Source: Carcharhinus amblyrhynchos (Eukaryota). Taken from it: DNA of 64,000 nt. The notes beneath the pieces were generated by a model. That model was not told the DNA's origin. It saw nothing but the letters and a program-made list of their open reading frames with translations, and did no database searches. Positions within the stretch are counted from its first letter, which is position 1, and every line of letters starts with the position of its first letter. Positions 39,390 to 52,002 of the stretch are shown piece by piece. The stretch covers positions 100,192,001 through 100,256,000 of the forward strand of contig OZ336870.1 of the NCBI GenBank assembly GCA_965287045.1, written 5' to 3'. The translations under genes and the position numbers were made by a program.

Positions 39390-40343
39390 ATTAGCAGTGC
39401 TGGAATGGACACCAAACTGAAATAGCGCATCACCATCGTAACTCCCTTCCAGTGTTGCTCACTGCTAGGAATGAAGAGCTGGTTGATTTACCTGAGTTGT
39501 CAGCAGGCTGTTGGACCATGGAAAGGTCACTGCTTGAATCATCATGTGCTCATGAAAGCAGGACACAAAAGGACAATAAACAGGAGTGAAGGCCCTGACT
39601 AGCATTTTCTTTGCTGAGGCCAGATATAGAACCTTAACTGCTGCTCCGTTGAGATCAATGAGCTCCACACAAACTGGACTGCAAGCAAATTGAAGAGCAA
39701 GATACTGCATTTTAAACATTCTTGTTGAATACTCATAGGCACGCCACAAGTTCCACTGTCTCATTTTCATATAATAAGAACATTGTGTCTATTCTTAATC
39801 GTCTTCATATGGTGCCTGTCAAAGGCTGGCTTTGTGTATTTATTAAAGGCCCAAACTCTGATGGACACAGGTGCTACATATGCATCAAATGAAAAATGTG
39901 TTATATATTTGGTCAGGATATGATAACAGCTTGTCAATTCCACAAGGTGGTCCTGCAGCGTTTACCCAAGACATTACAGAATGTTAAAACGTTCCCTGTA
40001 GGCATGCGAGTGAGTCAGGAATCTGCAAAGCCCAGCGAGAGGCGATGAGAAGCGGGGCTAATGAGAAAGTGAAACCTGAACAATTCTTTCCTTATGTCCC
40101 CCAGTGAATTGAACTTTACTGTTTTTAACCTGGTCAATAACTCTCACATATTTATTGAAAGCCCAATAATTGCATCAACCTTTCAGTTATTGCTAACTTT
40201 CAAATCATTGTATTAGAAGAATCTATAGGTTTAATGCTGTCTGTTTGTTCTTAGTGAATAGAACAATCTGCCAAAATTTCAAAAACGAGCAAACATGATT
40301 TTCCACAATGTGGTTTCAAAACACCTTAACTTTTCAAAAAAAA

Positions 40344-40691
40344 TTTATTCATGGGACATGGATGTCGCTGGCTGGCCATCATTTATTGCCCATCCCTAGT
40401 TGCCCTTATTCAAGGCCAGTTGAAAATCAACCACTATGGCTCTGAAATCACATATAGGCCAGACAGATAAGGACAGCAGATTTCCTTCCCTAAAAGACAT
40501 AAGTGAATCAGATAGGTTTATCCAACAATCGACAATGATTTCATGGCCATCATTTGATTCTTAATTCCAGACATTTTTTACTGAATTCAAATTCCACTAT
40601 CTATCATGGTAGGATTTGAAACAGTGTACCCTGAACATTAGCTTGGGTTTTGAATAGTCTAACGATAATACCGCTAGGCCATCGCTTCCCC
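40344..40691 (-). mobile_element. tRNA-derived SINE, second copy of the 24578-24926 family
   Basis: Colinear similarity along the whole length. Confidence 0.88.
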
Positions 40692-42397
40692 TCATTAAGT
40701 TAAATAAACCTCACTTTCAGGATGAAAGTTGTTCTTGTTCCTCTCTAATCATGACCCATTAATTCAGGTGTGAACTTGCAGTCATATTTTTACTGAATCA
40801 CAGTGATTGATCGCAGCTCAATGTCTACATATGCTCCATGATGTGCATCGAATAAGTTTTAAAATACTTTCAATCGCTCCGAACCCCCCTAGACTACAGT
40901 GGGAAAGAATCAGCTACAGTGCCTCTGAGGGCGTCTATCCAATAAGCCCTATTGAAAAAGTGTGATTGCATGGTCTCCAGTTGAGGTTAGGATCAGGCCT
41001 GGTTATGATGCCTCCCTCAGTCAAACAGCTTGACAAAACTCACTGTCCTTCATGTTCAAGCCTAGGTAATCAGTTACGCAATATTCTTGTGAACTCTTAG
41101 TGATGGTGAAGTGTATCTGAGCTAATGTCACTATTTTCAGGAAAGATGAAGGGAAAATTATTTGGGGCAGTGGTGGGAGGTAATATCTGAAATTAGACTA
41201 TGAAAACTAAATCAGTGTTGTGATTTTTTTTAAACAAAGCGCATCCATTCAAGCCACAGTTTGAAAGCGGTGGAGCCTTTCAGTCTTCTACTACAGACAG
41301 ATGACAGCTACTGTTTTTGTGAAATACAGTCCAAGCATTGTAGGCTGATAATAATAAAAGTGGCGCCAGAGGAGTTTGGGGTGGGGGGGTTGGGGGGAAG
41401 CAAGCAACAGAGTGTGTCTTTAACATTTCGAAACATCCGTTCAAACTGGCTTCTCATTTCAGGAGAAAGTAGAAGGGCGAGCATCCAGCAAACATTGTCA
41501 CAAAGAAGCAGCGCAAAACAGATGTGGGAAAAACAAACAGCAGCTTGCCATGTGAATTAGTAAAAAGGTCCTGCTCAATGCAAACAAACCCCATTCCTCA
41601 CTTCAACATCAATAGCCATAAAAAGGTCAGGCAAAACCCAACCCAGAGCAAAGGAGCGACACTGAGAACTCCGCAATAGTAGTGGTTTCTGCATGGGCAG
41701 GAAGAAACTGTGGTAGCAACGAGAAAAAAAAAGCCTTTTCACTCTGACATTTAAGCATTAAGAACAAAATGAGTCAAGAAGCTAGAACTCATGCATTTCA
41801 CACTGAAACACTTGTTCCAAATGTGGAACATGGCTCCAACAACTTGCCTTAGATCTTATTAATGTTGCAATTATTTAAGATGCAGTCAGTCCTCTCTGTT
41901 ACACTGTCCTTAGTTGCTGTAACAAAACATGTGGTGATAGGAAATATGTTGTACTCAGCGCAGAGGGACTTGGACTGTATGAGCATACTTACTCAGTGTT
42001 AATGGTTGCGTACATGATTCTGTCCCAATGGAGAACATGCTAAATCTGACAAATATTAAGAGAAAACAATCTTGTGTGCCATATAGGTTTGTACAGACAG
42101 TGCCACAGCATGCAAATAACTTGGATATCACCAAAGGTCAATCTTGCCTTGTCATCAGACAATTATACTTAAAGCCAGGTGTTCCTGAGTATGCCGATGT
42201 GCTCAGTAAGTAGGAAACTGATTCCAAGGAGAATAAAGTGTAAGGCACTCATAACGTTAACAACATTCTTTCTGTTTCTTTTCTTTCCCTGAAATAATTC
42301 ACAAAGCTGACTACGACCACACTGTCTTGATGAAGAACATAGCTTTGCATTTTAAGCCAGCCATGTACCACCAATGATAGAATATTAAAGAAAAAAG

Positions 42398-42555
42398 GTT
42401 TGCATTTATATAGCACCTTTCAGGGTTTCAAAATGCTCAAAAGTACTTTACGGCATTTCTTTTGAAGTGTGGGCACTATTGTAACGTACAAAATGTGGCA
42501 GCTATTTTGTGCAGAGCAAGGTCCCACAAACTGCAATGTGATAATGACTAGGTCA
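42398..42555 (-). mobile_element. DeuSINE 3' part
   Basis: ttgcatttatatagcaccttt...tttgaagtgt...ggcagctattttgtgcagagcaaggtcccacaaactgcaatgtgat. Confidence 0.8.
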
Positions 42556-42659
42556 TGATTAGAAATTGGGTTCTTTAGCAGCCACTTCTGGGTACTAGGA
42601 GTGCCCTTCGAACTCCAGAATTATATACATAGTGCCAACACACACACCTATGGGGACCA

Positions 42660-43095
42660 TGTTTTCTTTTTATTTTTTCAAAGGATGTGGCTTGACCAGC
42701 ATTTATTGCTGATCCCTAATTGCCCTTGAGAAGGTGCTGGTGAGCTGCCTTCTTGAACTGCTACAGTCCTGGAGATGTAGGCACACCCAATGTGCTGTTA
42801 CGAAAGGAGTTCCAGGATTTTGACCCAATGACAGTGAAGAAGTGGCAATATCATTCCAAATCAGAATGGTGAGTGGCTTGGAGGGGAACTTGCAGGTGAT
42901 GGTGTTCACGTGTATCTGCTGTCATTGTCCTTCTAGGTGGTAGTGGGGTTGGAATGTGCTGTCTAAGGAACACTGGTGAGTTCCTGCAGTGCATCTTGTA
43001 GATGATATACACGGCTGCCACTGTGCATTGTTGGTAAAAGGAAGGAATGTTTGTGGATGAGGTGCCAATCAAGTGGGCTCATTTGCCCTGGATGT
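42660..43095 (-). mobile_element. Non-LTR retrotransposon 3' end (CR1/L2 superfamily, exact clade uncertain)
   Basis: ORF 42851..43072 IGTSSTNIPSFYQQCTVAAVYIIYKMHC resembles a post-RT ORF2 region, followed by a WNSL-like motif and the tail gggcaattagggat..gcaataaatgctgg. Confidence 0.8.
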
Positions 43096-43499
43096 TGGTG
43101 TGGCCTTTGGCGTATGCAATGATTGTTCATTGGAAGAAGGCAAAACTAGAAGTTCTGTTGATGTACTGCTGCGTGAAATTCAGCAGTGCCATTTTGAAGC
43201 TCAACACCAAATCTTAACCTCACACAATGGAACTCATGTTTAATAGCATAAAGGACCAGCACTATTTCAAGTGATTATTAACTACTTAAAGATTAATTTC
43301 TTGATTGATTTCTTCTGGTATTGTTTTGATACCATACATTTTGATATTTTCTATAATTGTTACAAATTGCGAAAGACTACAGGCTGTACCCAATCCTTAA
43401 GCAAAAACAGTCGCTATGAGGCCGAGGTGCTTAAGTAGGGATTTCCCTTGGAATACAGCATTACTTATGAAATAAGCAAAGGCAATTCGGAGTAGGACA

Positions 43500-44270
43500 A
43501 GTTACTGGAAGAGGGAGAAGAAGAAGCAGGTGGAAGGCTCTTAATAAGAGAGCATATCTACCCAGGATGTTTACGGAAAAATTCTCCAGCCTGATGATCA
43601 ATGTATGTGGCACCTTCATTGAAGTCTGTCACAACCACAACTGCAAACTCAGAACAGGGCAAGAACAGCAACAACTTTCATGTACCTCACACCCTCTGGA
43701 CTGGAGCTACAAGTATTAGCAACATCTCAAAAGTATGCCATCTACTGTTGTGCTAGGGGACTTTCGAGTCAAAGACAGCTAAACATGTTTAATTCTGTCT
43801 GCAGTCAGCAGCAGGCAGTGTGAGTGGGTGGCTTCATAAGAATTGCAGCTTTCCCCCATGGCACAGAATGACACTGGCAGCTCACACATTGCTTTTTGGA
43901 TGCCACACATCAACTCTGTCTCATATGGGAACCAACACCCAGCTGGTGTATGATGAACAGCAGTGCACCATGCAGGTCAATGCCTGGTATTCTGGCAGCA
44001 ATCCTCATGCCTTCATTCTGTGGCAGCATGTTGAGCCAACAACGTTTGAGCCACTACAGGAAAACAAAGGCGACTGGGCTACTGGGTAACAGCTTCTATT
44101 CAATGAGATATCGCCTGTGAATCTACTGTGTGGCCCATGCACACATGGGCAGCGCGCATTCAATGACAGCCATGGTGCCACACAAAATGTGATACAGCGG
44201 ATCACGTACATGCAAAAAAAAACTTCTGCTGCCTGTAGCACTCTGGAGGAACCTGCTGTTGTGTCCAGCC
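43500..44270 (+). pseudogene. PIF/Harbinger (HARBI1-like) DDE transposase fossil
   Basis: Frameshifted pieces NTQLVYD...QVNAWYSGSNPHAFIL (N.QLV.D...A..PGS.HD..I), GLLGNSFY (WLLGDxGY) and GQRAFNDSHGATQNVIQR (Q..FN..H..TR.VIER). Confidence 0.85.
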
Positions 44271-44422
44271 AATGTATAGTGCAGTCTATGATCCCTGTGT
44301 CCATTTCAGTAGCTATCCAATTTAGTCCCCCATCTGTTTTAATGTTGGTTGAGGTGTGAATGTTGGCCAGGACACTGAGGAGAAATGTCCCTATTCCGTT
44401 GAGCTGACATTTAAAAACACAT

Positions 44423-44595
44423 GGTTGGAAATCCCTGGCCTTTCCAGCAGGACTGTCCGATCCTACTGACAGTGCAACCCTGCCTGCATAATTCCCACTG
44501 ACAGCAACAGGACAGGGAAATCCTGACATGAGCAAACAATGCGCCACCTCCCGCTCGTGGGAAACATGCACCTGGGAGGCTGGAGAATTTTGTCC
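44423..44595. mobile_element. MITE related to 6968-7160
   Basis: Ends ggctggagaattttgtcc; shared internal blocks. Confidence 0.6.
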
Positions 44596-44937
44596 ATGAT
44601 CTTGTGGCAATAATTTTGAGGCAAAGTCTAGAAACAGCTATTGCCAATTTGATTCATCTTCCAAGAACAACATGAAGAAACCAGGCTCTTCTCCAAACTT
44701 GATAAGGCAGATGGAACAAATGCAGATGAATCATTCCAAACTGCTCTTCTTCATCCAGTTCTGAAGGGACATCAATCCTATTTTCATTGCTGTGTCACTG
44801 GCATGCCAACCCAAGTCAGTGTAGAAAAGGAAAATTCATGTTAAGAACATAAAGCAGATTTTAAAAGTTCAAGGAAAGCTATTTTCAAAACTGCACTTTT
44901 ACGTTTTATGTAATAATAAAAGTAGGTTTTTTAAAAG

Positions 44938-45208
44938 TTTATTTACGTCACAAGTAGGCTTACATTAACACTGCAATGAAGTCACTGTGAAAATTCCCTC
45001 GTCGCCACCCTCCGGCACCGGTTCGGATACACTAAGGGCCAATGCACCTAACCAGCACGACTTTCGGACTGTGGAAAGAAACTGGAGCACCCAGAAGAAA
45101 CCCATGCAGACATGGAGAAAATGTGCAAACTCTGCAAGACAGTGACCCAAGCTGGGAATCGAACCCGGGTCTCTGCTGCTGTGAGGCAGCAGCACTAATC
45201 ATTGTGCC
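44938..45208 (-). mobile_element. V-SINE, tail type A
   Basis: Reverse complement matches 1488-1778, including the tail cagtgacttcattgcagtgttaatgtaagcctacttgtgac. Confidence 0.92.
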
Positions 45209-46445
45209 TAATACCCTCAGGGTGCACAGCTCAAAATTTATTTTATGCCAGTAATGAAAGAGAAAAGTGTTAACCATCACCAAGAAAGCCCATTGCCAAC
45301 CTCATGCCTATCCTTGTAGCTGTATGGAAACGGAATGTCCTACTGCTATCTCAGAAGTAGTTTCTGTGCTTGTATCAGGTGGGAATGGCCTATCACATTG
45401 CTCTCCCTGGGAGAATATCACCATCTATTGTGCTTTCTTTGTTTAATAGATTCAGATATATAAAAGGAAATGTTTCTTCTCCCACCAGAGTCTTCCCTCT
45501 GAAGAGTTTCTACAGCAACACACCCACACTGCCTTTATAAAAAGACTCGGAGGATTTTTACTGCAAGGTTTGAGTGACAAATAGTGAATGAGCTTCACAA
45601 AATAGTTGATTCCCTCTTGGTTAAATCTTTTGGAATACAGTATCGCCTTTTTGAATGCAGCAGGCAGCAATGCTTTTGGAAAAAATAAGGCTTCATTTCA
45701 GGAACCCAGAGAAAGTTCTGAAGTGAGGAGGGGGTGATCTTTGTCATAACTAAATGTATCCCCAGCCCCCACCCCAGATTCAAATGCTTTTTTTTAAATA
45801 TCACTCTGCTAAAACAGTGGTGGTTCACACCCTTCATTAAGTGGTGTTGAACATAGTATTTCTCTTCAAACTGTTCTTCATGCCTCCAGAGCTTCATCTC
45901 TGCTTCCCATATTGAACAATATGTTCAACCTGAGATTGCCTAAAATTCTGCCCATCATTCAGCATTATCAGAGAGGGGATACAATGTCAGAACTTTTCAC
46001 TTCTTATCGGGTTTTAAAGCATTATCTCAGCACAAAGAGATGGAGAAGAGATTACTTCTGAGTTTTTTTTGTTTTCAAACCCTCTTCAAGTAACCTTTCC
46101 ACATTTCAGTCGAGTCCTTGGAATTTTAACAGCCACTGGATCTCCACCCCCACCCCCACCTCCCATTTTCATGATGCTTCTAACTATTGCCTTGTGTTTT
46201 GTGGCTGTTGGCCTTATCTCTGTTAAATTGCAATCAAGGATTCCATCAAAGTTTATTCTTAAGTCTGTTATTTGTGAGCCAATTTCGCACCCTAATGGCA
46301 AAACCCAGGTTAAAGGCAAAAAAGCATGGTCTAGAATTCAGCTGCCTGACCGAAAGAGCCAGATTTAGAAATGTCAACGTGGAAGAAAGCACTCACTAAA
46401 GCTGACCTTTGGAATTTGAATTAAACATATGCTGCCAGAAAAGAT

Positions 46446-47071
46446 GGGCAGGATTTTTCTGGCTGGCAAGAAAAGCGGCGAGGGCACCAGGAAAATAGTA
46501 GAGCCATATCGGGGCATCTTGCTAACATAGTCTCGCCACTGGGAGTGGCAGAAGCAGTTGCAAAATGGTCACCTGCTGAATGGAGGCTGGCAACTGAGAA
46601 GAATGATTGCATGATTTGTTTTAGCGGTGATTCAGAGGCCATGTTGGAATTATAAAATGGCCTCCAGCTAAGTGTAGAAGTTTCAGAGAGCCACTGGGGG
46701 CAGAGATTCAATGGCCATTAAAGAGACCACATGAAAGAAAGGCAGCTTCCACAGCTCAAACACTCTGCCCGGAGGTCTTTCCTCTTCATTTCTAAAAAAT
46801 ATACTGGCCTCATGTTGAGGCTCCCTCATGATGTCAGCAATGCCTCAGCAGTGCCCACAGCGGCTGATGAGGCTTCAGAGGTATTGGCCCTCTGATAAGG
46901 CAAGCAGCATCTAAATCCTACCCACTATCTGTCATGGAACAGTGAGTTCAGTGGATGTCAATTCACTTCCAGGAGTATCACTGTGTTGGTCTGGCTCCCA
47001 GAAGACACAGGCTCAGGATTCCCATGTGGTCCCGCAATTGGGATCTTGAAGCCCATAATGAAATCCTGCCT
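46446..47071. mobile_element. ~625-bp MITE; a related fragment follows at ~47130-47700
   Basis: TIRs gggcaggattt ... aaatcctgcct. Confidence 0.65.
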
Positions 47072-48349
47072 CAAGAAGAAATAATGCAGACGTCTCTTAT
47101 TAAACAGCTCTCATCAAAATTACAACCCGCCACAACACCAACTGAGGCCCTTGGGTAACCAATTAATGACTACTTCAGGGCTTTATATTGCTTCTGCTGG
47201 TATTAATCCAGTGACAGGCCTGTCGGCATGAAACATGCAGGGCCTATAAAATCATGCAGTCAGCATGCCACCTCCTGGGAGCTATCCTTCAATCAAAGGC
47301 ACTCGGTGCATGTTCAAAAAACTGGACGTTAGGAAGAGAGGAGTCTTCTGAGACACACGCTCTTTGATTGCTAGCAACCCTGCTGTACTGATCTCCTTGC
47401 CATCCCCATCCCGCCTATAGTCTGGATCACCCAGCAAACCAGAAACTCCGTTGCCTCTCCTTCTGGCAGCAAGTCACAGCTCATCCAGTGGCCATGCTGA
47501 ACACAAAAGCTGCCAGCTTCCGAATGTTGTCTCTGGGATTCCAGGGGAAGGCCCACTGCTGGCCTCGCGAGTGCCTGATTGGCTTTTGGTTCAGTGGGCC
47601 TTCCCTAAAAGAGGCCTCTTGCCAGCTGTCCAACCGGCAGAACCACCTCCCCATCACTCCTCGCGCACCCTCCCCCCCCCACCCCCAACAAGATTCTGTT
47701 CATTATGTTGAAAGTGCTAGACAAATTTAAGCTGTTGCTGTTATTGTTATTAGCTGTGCTAAATCCCAGTGAAAGCAACTCCAAGTACGCTACAATAGTC
47801 ATCCCATTCCACCGCTCTGCTGCTGAAACTCATGCTGAGCAGTGCTATTCATCTGTTTATTTGAAACACCGGCATACAAATACAAACATTATCACCAAAT
47901 GAGCACTTTCTATTCTTTTTGCGAAAGATATTCTATTTGTCACTTTCAGTTAGCTGTCCCCATTGAATAAAGTCTTGTTTAATCTCCTCGTCAGTGCTTG
48001 TTGTGGATTCAGGCAGTGGTTTGGAATTCTTGGTTTAAAAAAATTGGATTATTTCGCTGCCATTGACTGTCTGACACTTTTAAACAACATAAAAGAAAGT
48101 CATTAAAGGAGTGAAAGAAAATAATTCAAGGTCCATTATAACCAGAAACAAGCAGTACACGCAGCAGATTAGCAGGCAGCACTACTGAGTGCTTTTTAAA
48201 TCGATGTCAGGTCAAATTAATTTCTGGTTTCTCAAGACATACACAGTATATTATTTATTTACACGCTCGCCCCTTTTTCCTTTTCGTGGTGCCCAGTTCT
48301 CTGTTTTCTTTCCAAGCTTCTTATTTCAATTGAAAAGGAGCAACACATC

Positions 48350-48810
48350 ACTGAACCACAGGATGCTTACAGCAAGGGAGGCCATTCAGCCCATCATGTC
48401 CAAGTGCCACTCCCAGCCTTCTCCACATAACCCTGTAGATTCTTCCTTTTCAGATAACAGTCCAATTCCTTCTCAAATGTCTTGACTCAACCTGCCTTCA
48501 CCATACTCTTGGGCAGTACATTTCAGATCCCAACCACTCAGTGTGAAAAAGATGTTATTGCTTCTTTTGCTTATTGTCTTGTTCTCGATCCTTCCACCAA
48601 TGGGAACAATTTTTCCCTATCTAGTCTGTCCAGATTCCTCACGATTGTGTATACCCCTATCAGATCTCCTCTTAACCTTCCCTGTTCTAAGGTGAATTGT
48701 CCACATTATTCCAATGCATCTAGATAACTGAAGTTCCTCATCGCTGGAACCATTTTTGTGACCTTTTCTGCACTCTCTCTAATGTCTTTACATCTGACCT
48801 GAAGTGTGGC
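48350..48810 (-). mobile_element. CR1 LINE 3' end
   Basis: Tail acagcaagggaggccattcagcccatcatgtc and ORF2 C-terminal motifs (cagatcccaaccactc; aaccttttctgcactctct). Confidence 0.88.
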
Positions 48811-49006
48811 GCACTCCTTCAGGTTTGTCCCCAAATCTTCCAGATACTGCTGTGCGAAGCCCAGGAGAAATACCACAGGGTTTTCAAAAACGAATGTGTA
48901 TTTTTTTCATTTTATTGAACTATTTAATTTATTGAGAAAAATAATAGAGATGGGAAGAAAAAACTGTCTGGGTAGGGCAGATGGAGGTCCAAGGTCATAT
49001 AGTGAA

Positions 49007-49205
49007 ACAGTAAGTAGTCTCACAACACTAGGTTAAAGTCCAACAGGTTATTAGATACCATGAGCTTTCGGAGCGTTTCCCCTTCATCAGGTGAGTGCAA
49101 CACTCCGACAACTTGACTTACCAAATAAATCTGTTGGACTTTAACCTAGTGTTGTGAGACTTCTTACTGTGCTTACCCCAGTCCAATGTCAGCAATTCCA
49201 TGCCA
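49007..49205. mobile_element. Penelope-derived fold-back element (family 2) with a hammerhead-like core
   Basis: 40-bp inverted arms 49007-49046 and 49131-49170 (39/40 complementary). The loop reads CTGATGA-AGGGGAAACGCTCC-GAAA on the minus strand. Confidence 0.75.
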
Positions 49206-52002
49206 TATTGTGAAACCTTCAGGAATACTGGCAATCTTAGGTGCGACTGATTGTTTTGTTTTGCACTGCTAATAGCTGGCAGGAGGTTACTTTCTATATT
49301 GCACTACCCAAATACTGGAGTGCAGTCAGGCTCTCAACTAGCAATAATAACTGAACATAATTCTGGTGGACACAGGAAGATGGCAGAGTTCAGATCTGCC
49401 ATCATCTGGCCTAATGCCTCAACCAACCAGGGCAGTTAGAAACTCATGATGTTTGAGACTACGATTCAAACTCACAGCCCTGCTATTAAGAAAAGAACAT
49501 AAAAAAAGGAGCGGCAGTACAGTAGGCCATTTGGCCCATCAAGCTTGCTCCACTTAAGGTTTCTATCCCTTACATGTGAGATGTTAGTTGTTAAGTGCAT
49601 GTATGTGCACAGTGAACACACAAGCTTGGCTCTGTAGCTCGCAATGAGAGAATGGTATACCAATCCTGATCAACACATGAAGAACAATCATTGGTTTGGG
49701 GTTCCAAGCTCTGCCAGTGCAATATAGAAATGCACTGCAGGATGTGCCATTTCATTCAGAAGGGAGGGTAAGGGGGGAAAAATCAAAGTGAAACAAAGAC
49801 ATTTTTCTAAATCACCGCCAATATTGTCAGCATGCAAAAGACCAACTGCATCCAGGCTGACATTTAAGAAAAGAGGCTTGGCTATAAATAAACAAGGTTG
49901 TCTCAGATGACTTTCCCTTTTGGTGCCCTCAATTAATAATACAGAGCAGTGAGGTGAGTAATACAGAAGTTGGTGGGGGGGAAGAAACAGTTATAATTTT
50001 TATTCAAACAGAAGAAATCTTCCCCTGTGGTGAAAAATGGAAATGGCTGAAACAACAAAATTCCAGCTCGGCATGTTTACCAGCCAATGCAGTCCAGGGC
50101 CTTATGTACTTGCCAGATGCTCCAGCTTCATTCTGATCTGTAAAGCTAATCATTGTCAAACCCTGGTAGATGCCTGCACGTGACCTTGTTTAATGTGCGG
50201 GAAACTTGGGACACTGTCATTGGGTCCACAATATTGATGGGTTGATGATCAGTTTTTGGTAATGTGTCAAACTGTAACGATTGAAACCACTTCACCATTG
50301 CAGTCTTCTTCTGCCTATGCATCTGGCGAGACACATTCTTCCTTTGTCTGTTCCACCACTGAGGAATTTTGGATGGCACTTTGGCTCAACACCTGCTGCC
50401 ATGGGTGGCAATAAGCTCCCAGTGGCATTACTCAGGAGAAAGTCAAAAAGCTCAAGTCTCTCAGTCAGGGCAAAGATGGCAATCCACAAAGAAGATAAAA
50501 ACATGTTGAAGATGAAAAAAATGTTTATTCACAACGATTGTCCTTATGTCTTTGTTCCCTGTTTGTTTAAAATGTTCAACTCTTTTCATTTTAGCAGCAT
50601 GAAAATGTATTCCAAGCCGAGAATAAAGAAATGTAACATGCTGCCAGACAGGTGCTGATATAACTCTATAGAGAATGGAGCCAGATTTCTAATCATTTAT
50701 GACAGGAAGGAGAGATACAGCATAAAGAAACTGCCCACAGCTTATGTTCCCTTTCTCCTAAACAGGATCAGAATATCATATGCTGCTGAAACTATTGGTT
50801 TGGGCACTAAGTCTGTTTCTAAAATAAGCAGAAAATCTCCTCAATCTACTCGAGGCAATTGGTATAATAGGAGGTGATTTGCTGCTGAAATTCCTTCCCT
50901 CCTGTGGGGAAGCATCTAGCCCCCACTCTGTTTCCCCTTATTGTCCCGGTCAAGGTCAGGGAACTTGTAATGTGAAGGAATCGTGGGAACATCTCTATTA
51001 TGTTAAACCCAGACTATGCAGGTGAACAAGGAGTTACAGCACTGAAAAACAACCACCAGAGTCAAGAATCAAACTTCAGGGGATTTTTAGACACATTGCT
51101 TAGATACACAATTCAATTTATTTCCTTCTTGCAGTGAAGGTGAGGAAATATGATGAAAACTCATTGCAGATTAATACAAACTTCAAGAGAATCTTCTTGT
51201 GGATTCCACAGACACTTAGAGATAAATTGCTTGTCAGATAACAACCTCTTCATATCAGGTTGACTTGACAGCCACTAACAATGGGAATTTCCGCAGCTTA
51301 TTCCGAACAAATATGAAATATTTGCTCTGGGGCTGACAGCTGTGACTGCCGAGAGGTAGAGGGGGCTTTGTGCTAAATCATGTTGCACAGTTGAAAGTCA
51401 ACTCAATCCCCTACAATTCAGTCAGGCCCTGCCAGCTATAGATCAACAGTTGAGGCAGCCAACCTGAAGCAAGCAAGAGGGCTGCATAGAACACCACTGG
51501 AAAATGCCAGCCCTACTAACTGCAATTATTTTCAAAGACTAATGTTCAGCGCATTCACATTGGATGGTGGGTTCTGGTTCAGGAGAGGCAATTAATATGC
51601 TGGAGTTCCCTGAGGTGATATGAATGAAGGCTCGTCCTTTCTGGCAGGAACACGCATACATCAAACCTGATCTGTTCTGAATTTGTTTGCATCAATATTG
51701 TACAGCAAAGCTCAGGTGACATTTTTTCAACAGTAAGTAGCATGTCAGGTTTTATTCTATGCAGTCTTAGAAAAGCAATAAACAAAGGCCACAAGAGTAA
51801 ATATAATTACTACAGTGCTCAGATTTGTCAGCAGCAATTAGTTTGGGGGGAGGAATAAAACAAATTCTTTGTTTTTAAGACTTTATTCTGTATTTACGCA
51901 ACAGTTGTGTTGATTATTCAGTGCTTTTACGTTCGTTAGTAACCGAACAACAATGACGGTAGCTAGGAAATCACCTACACAGCATTGTGATAATTGCTGA
52001 TA

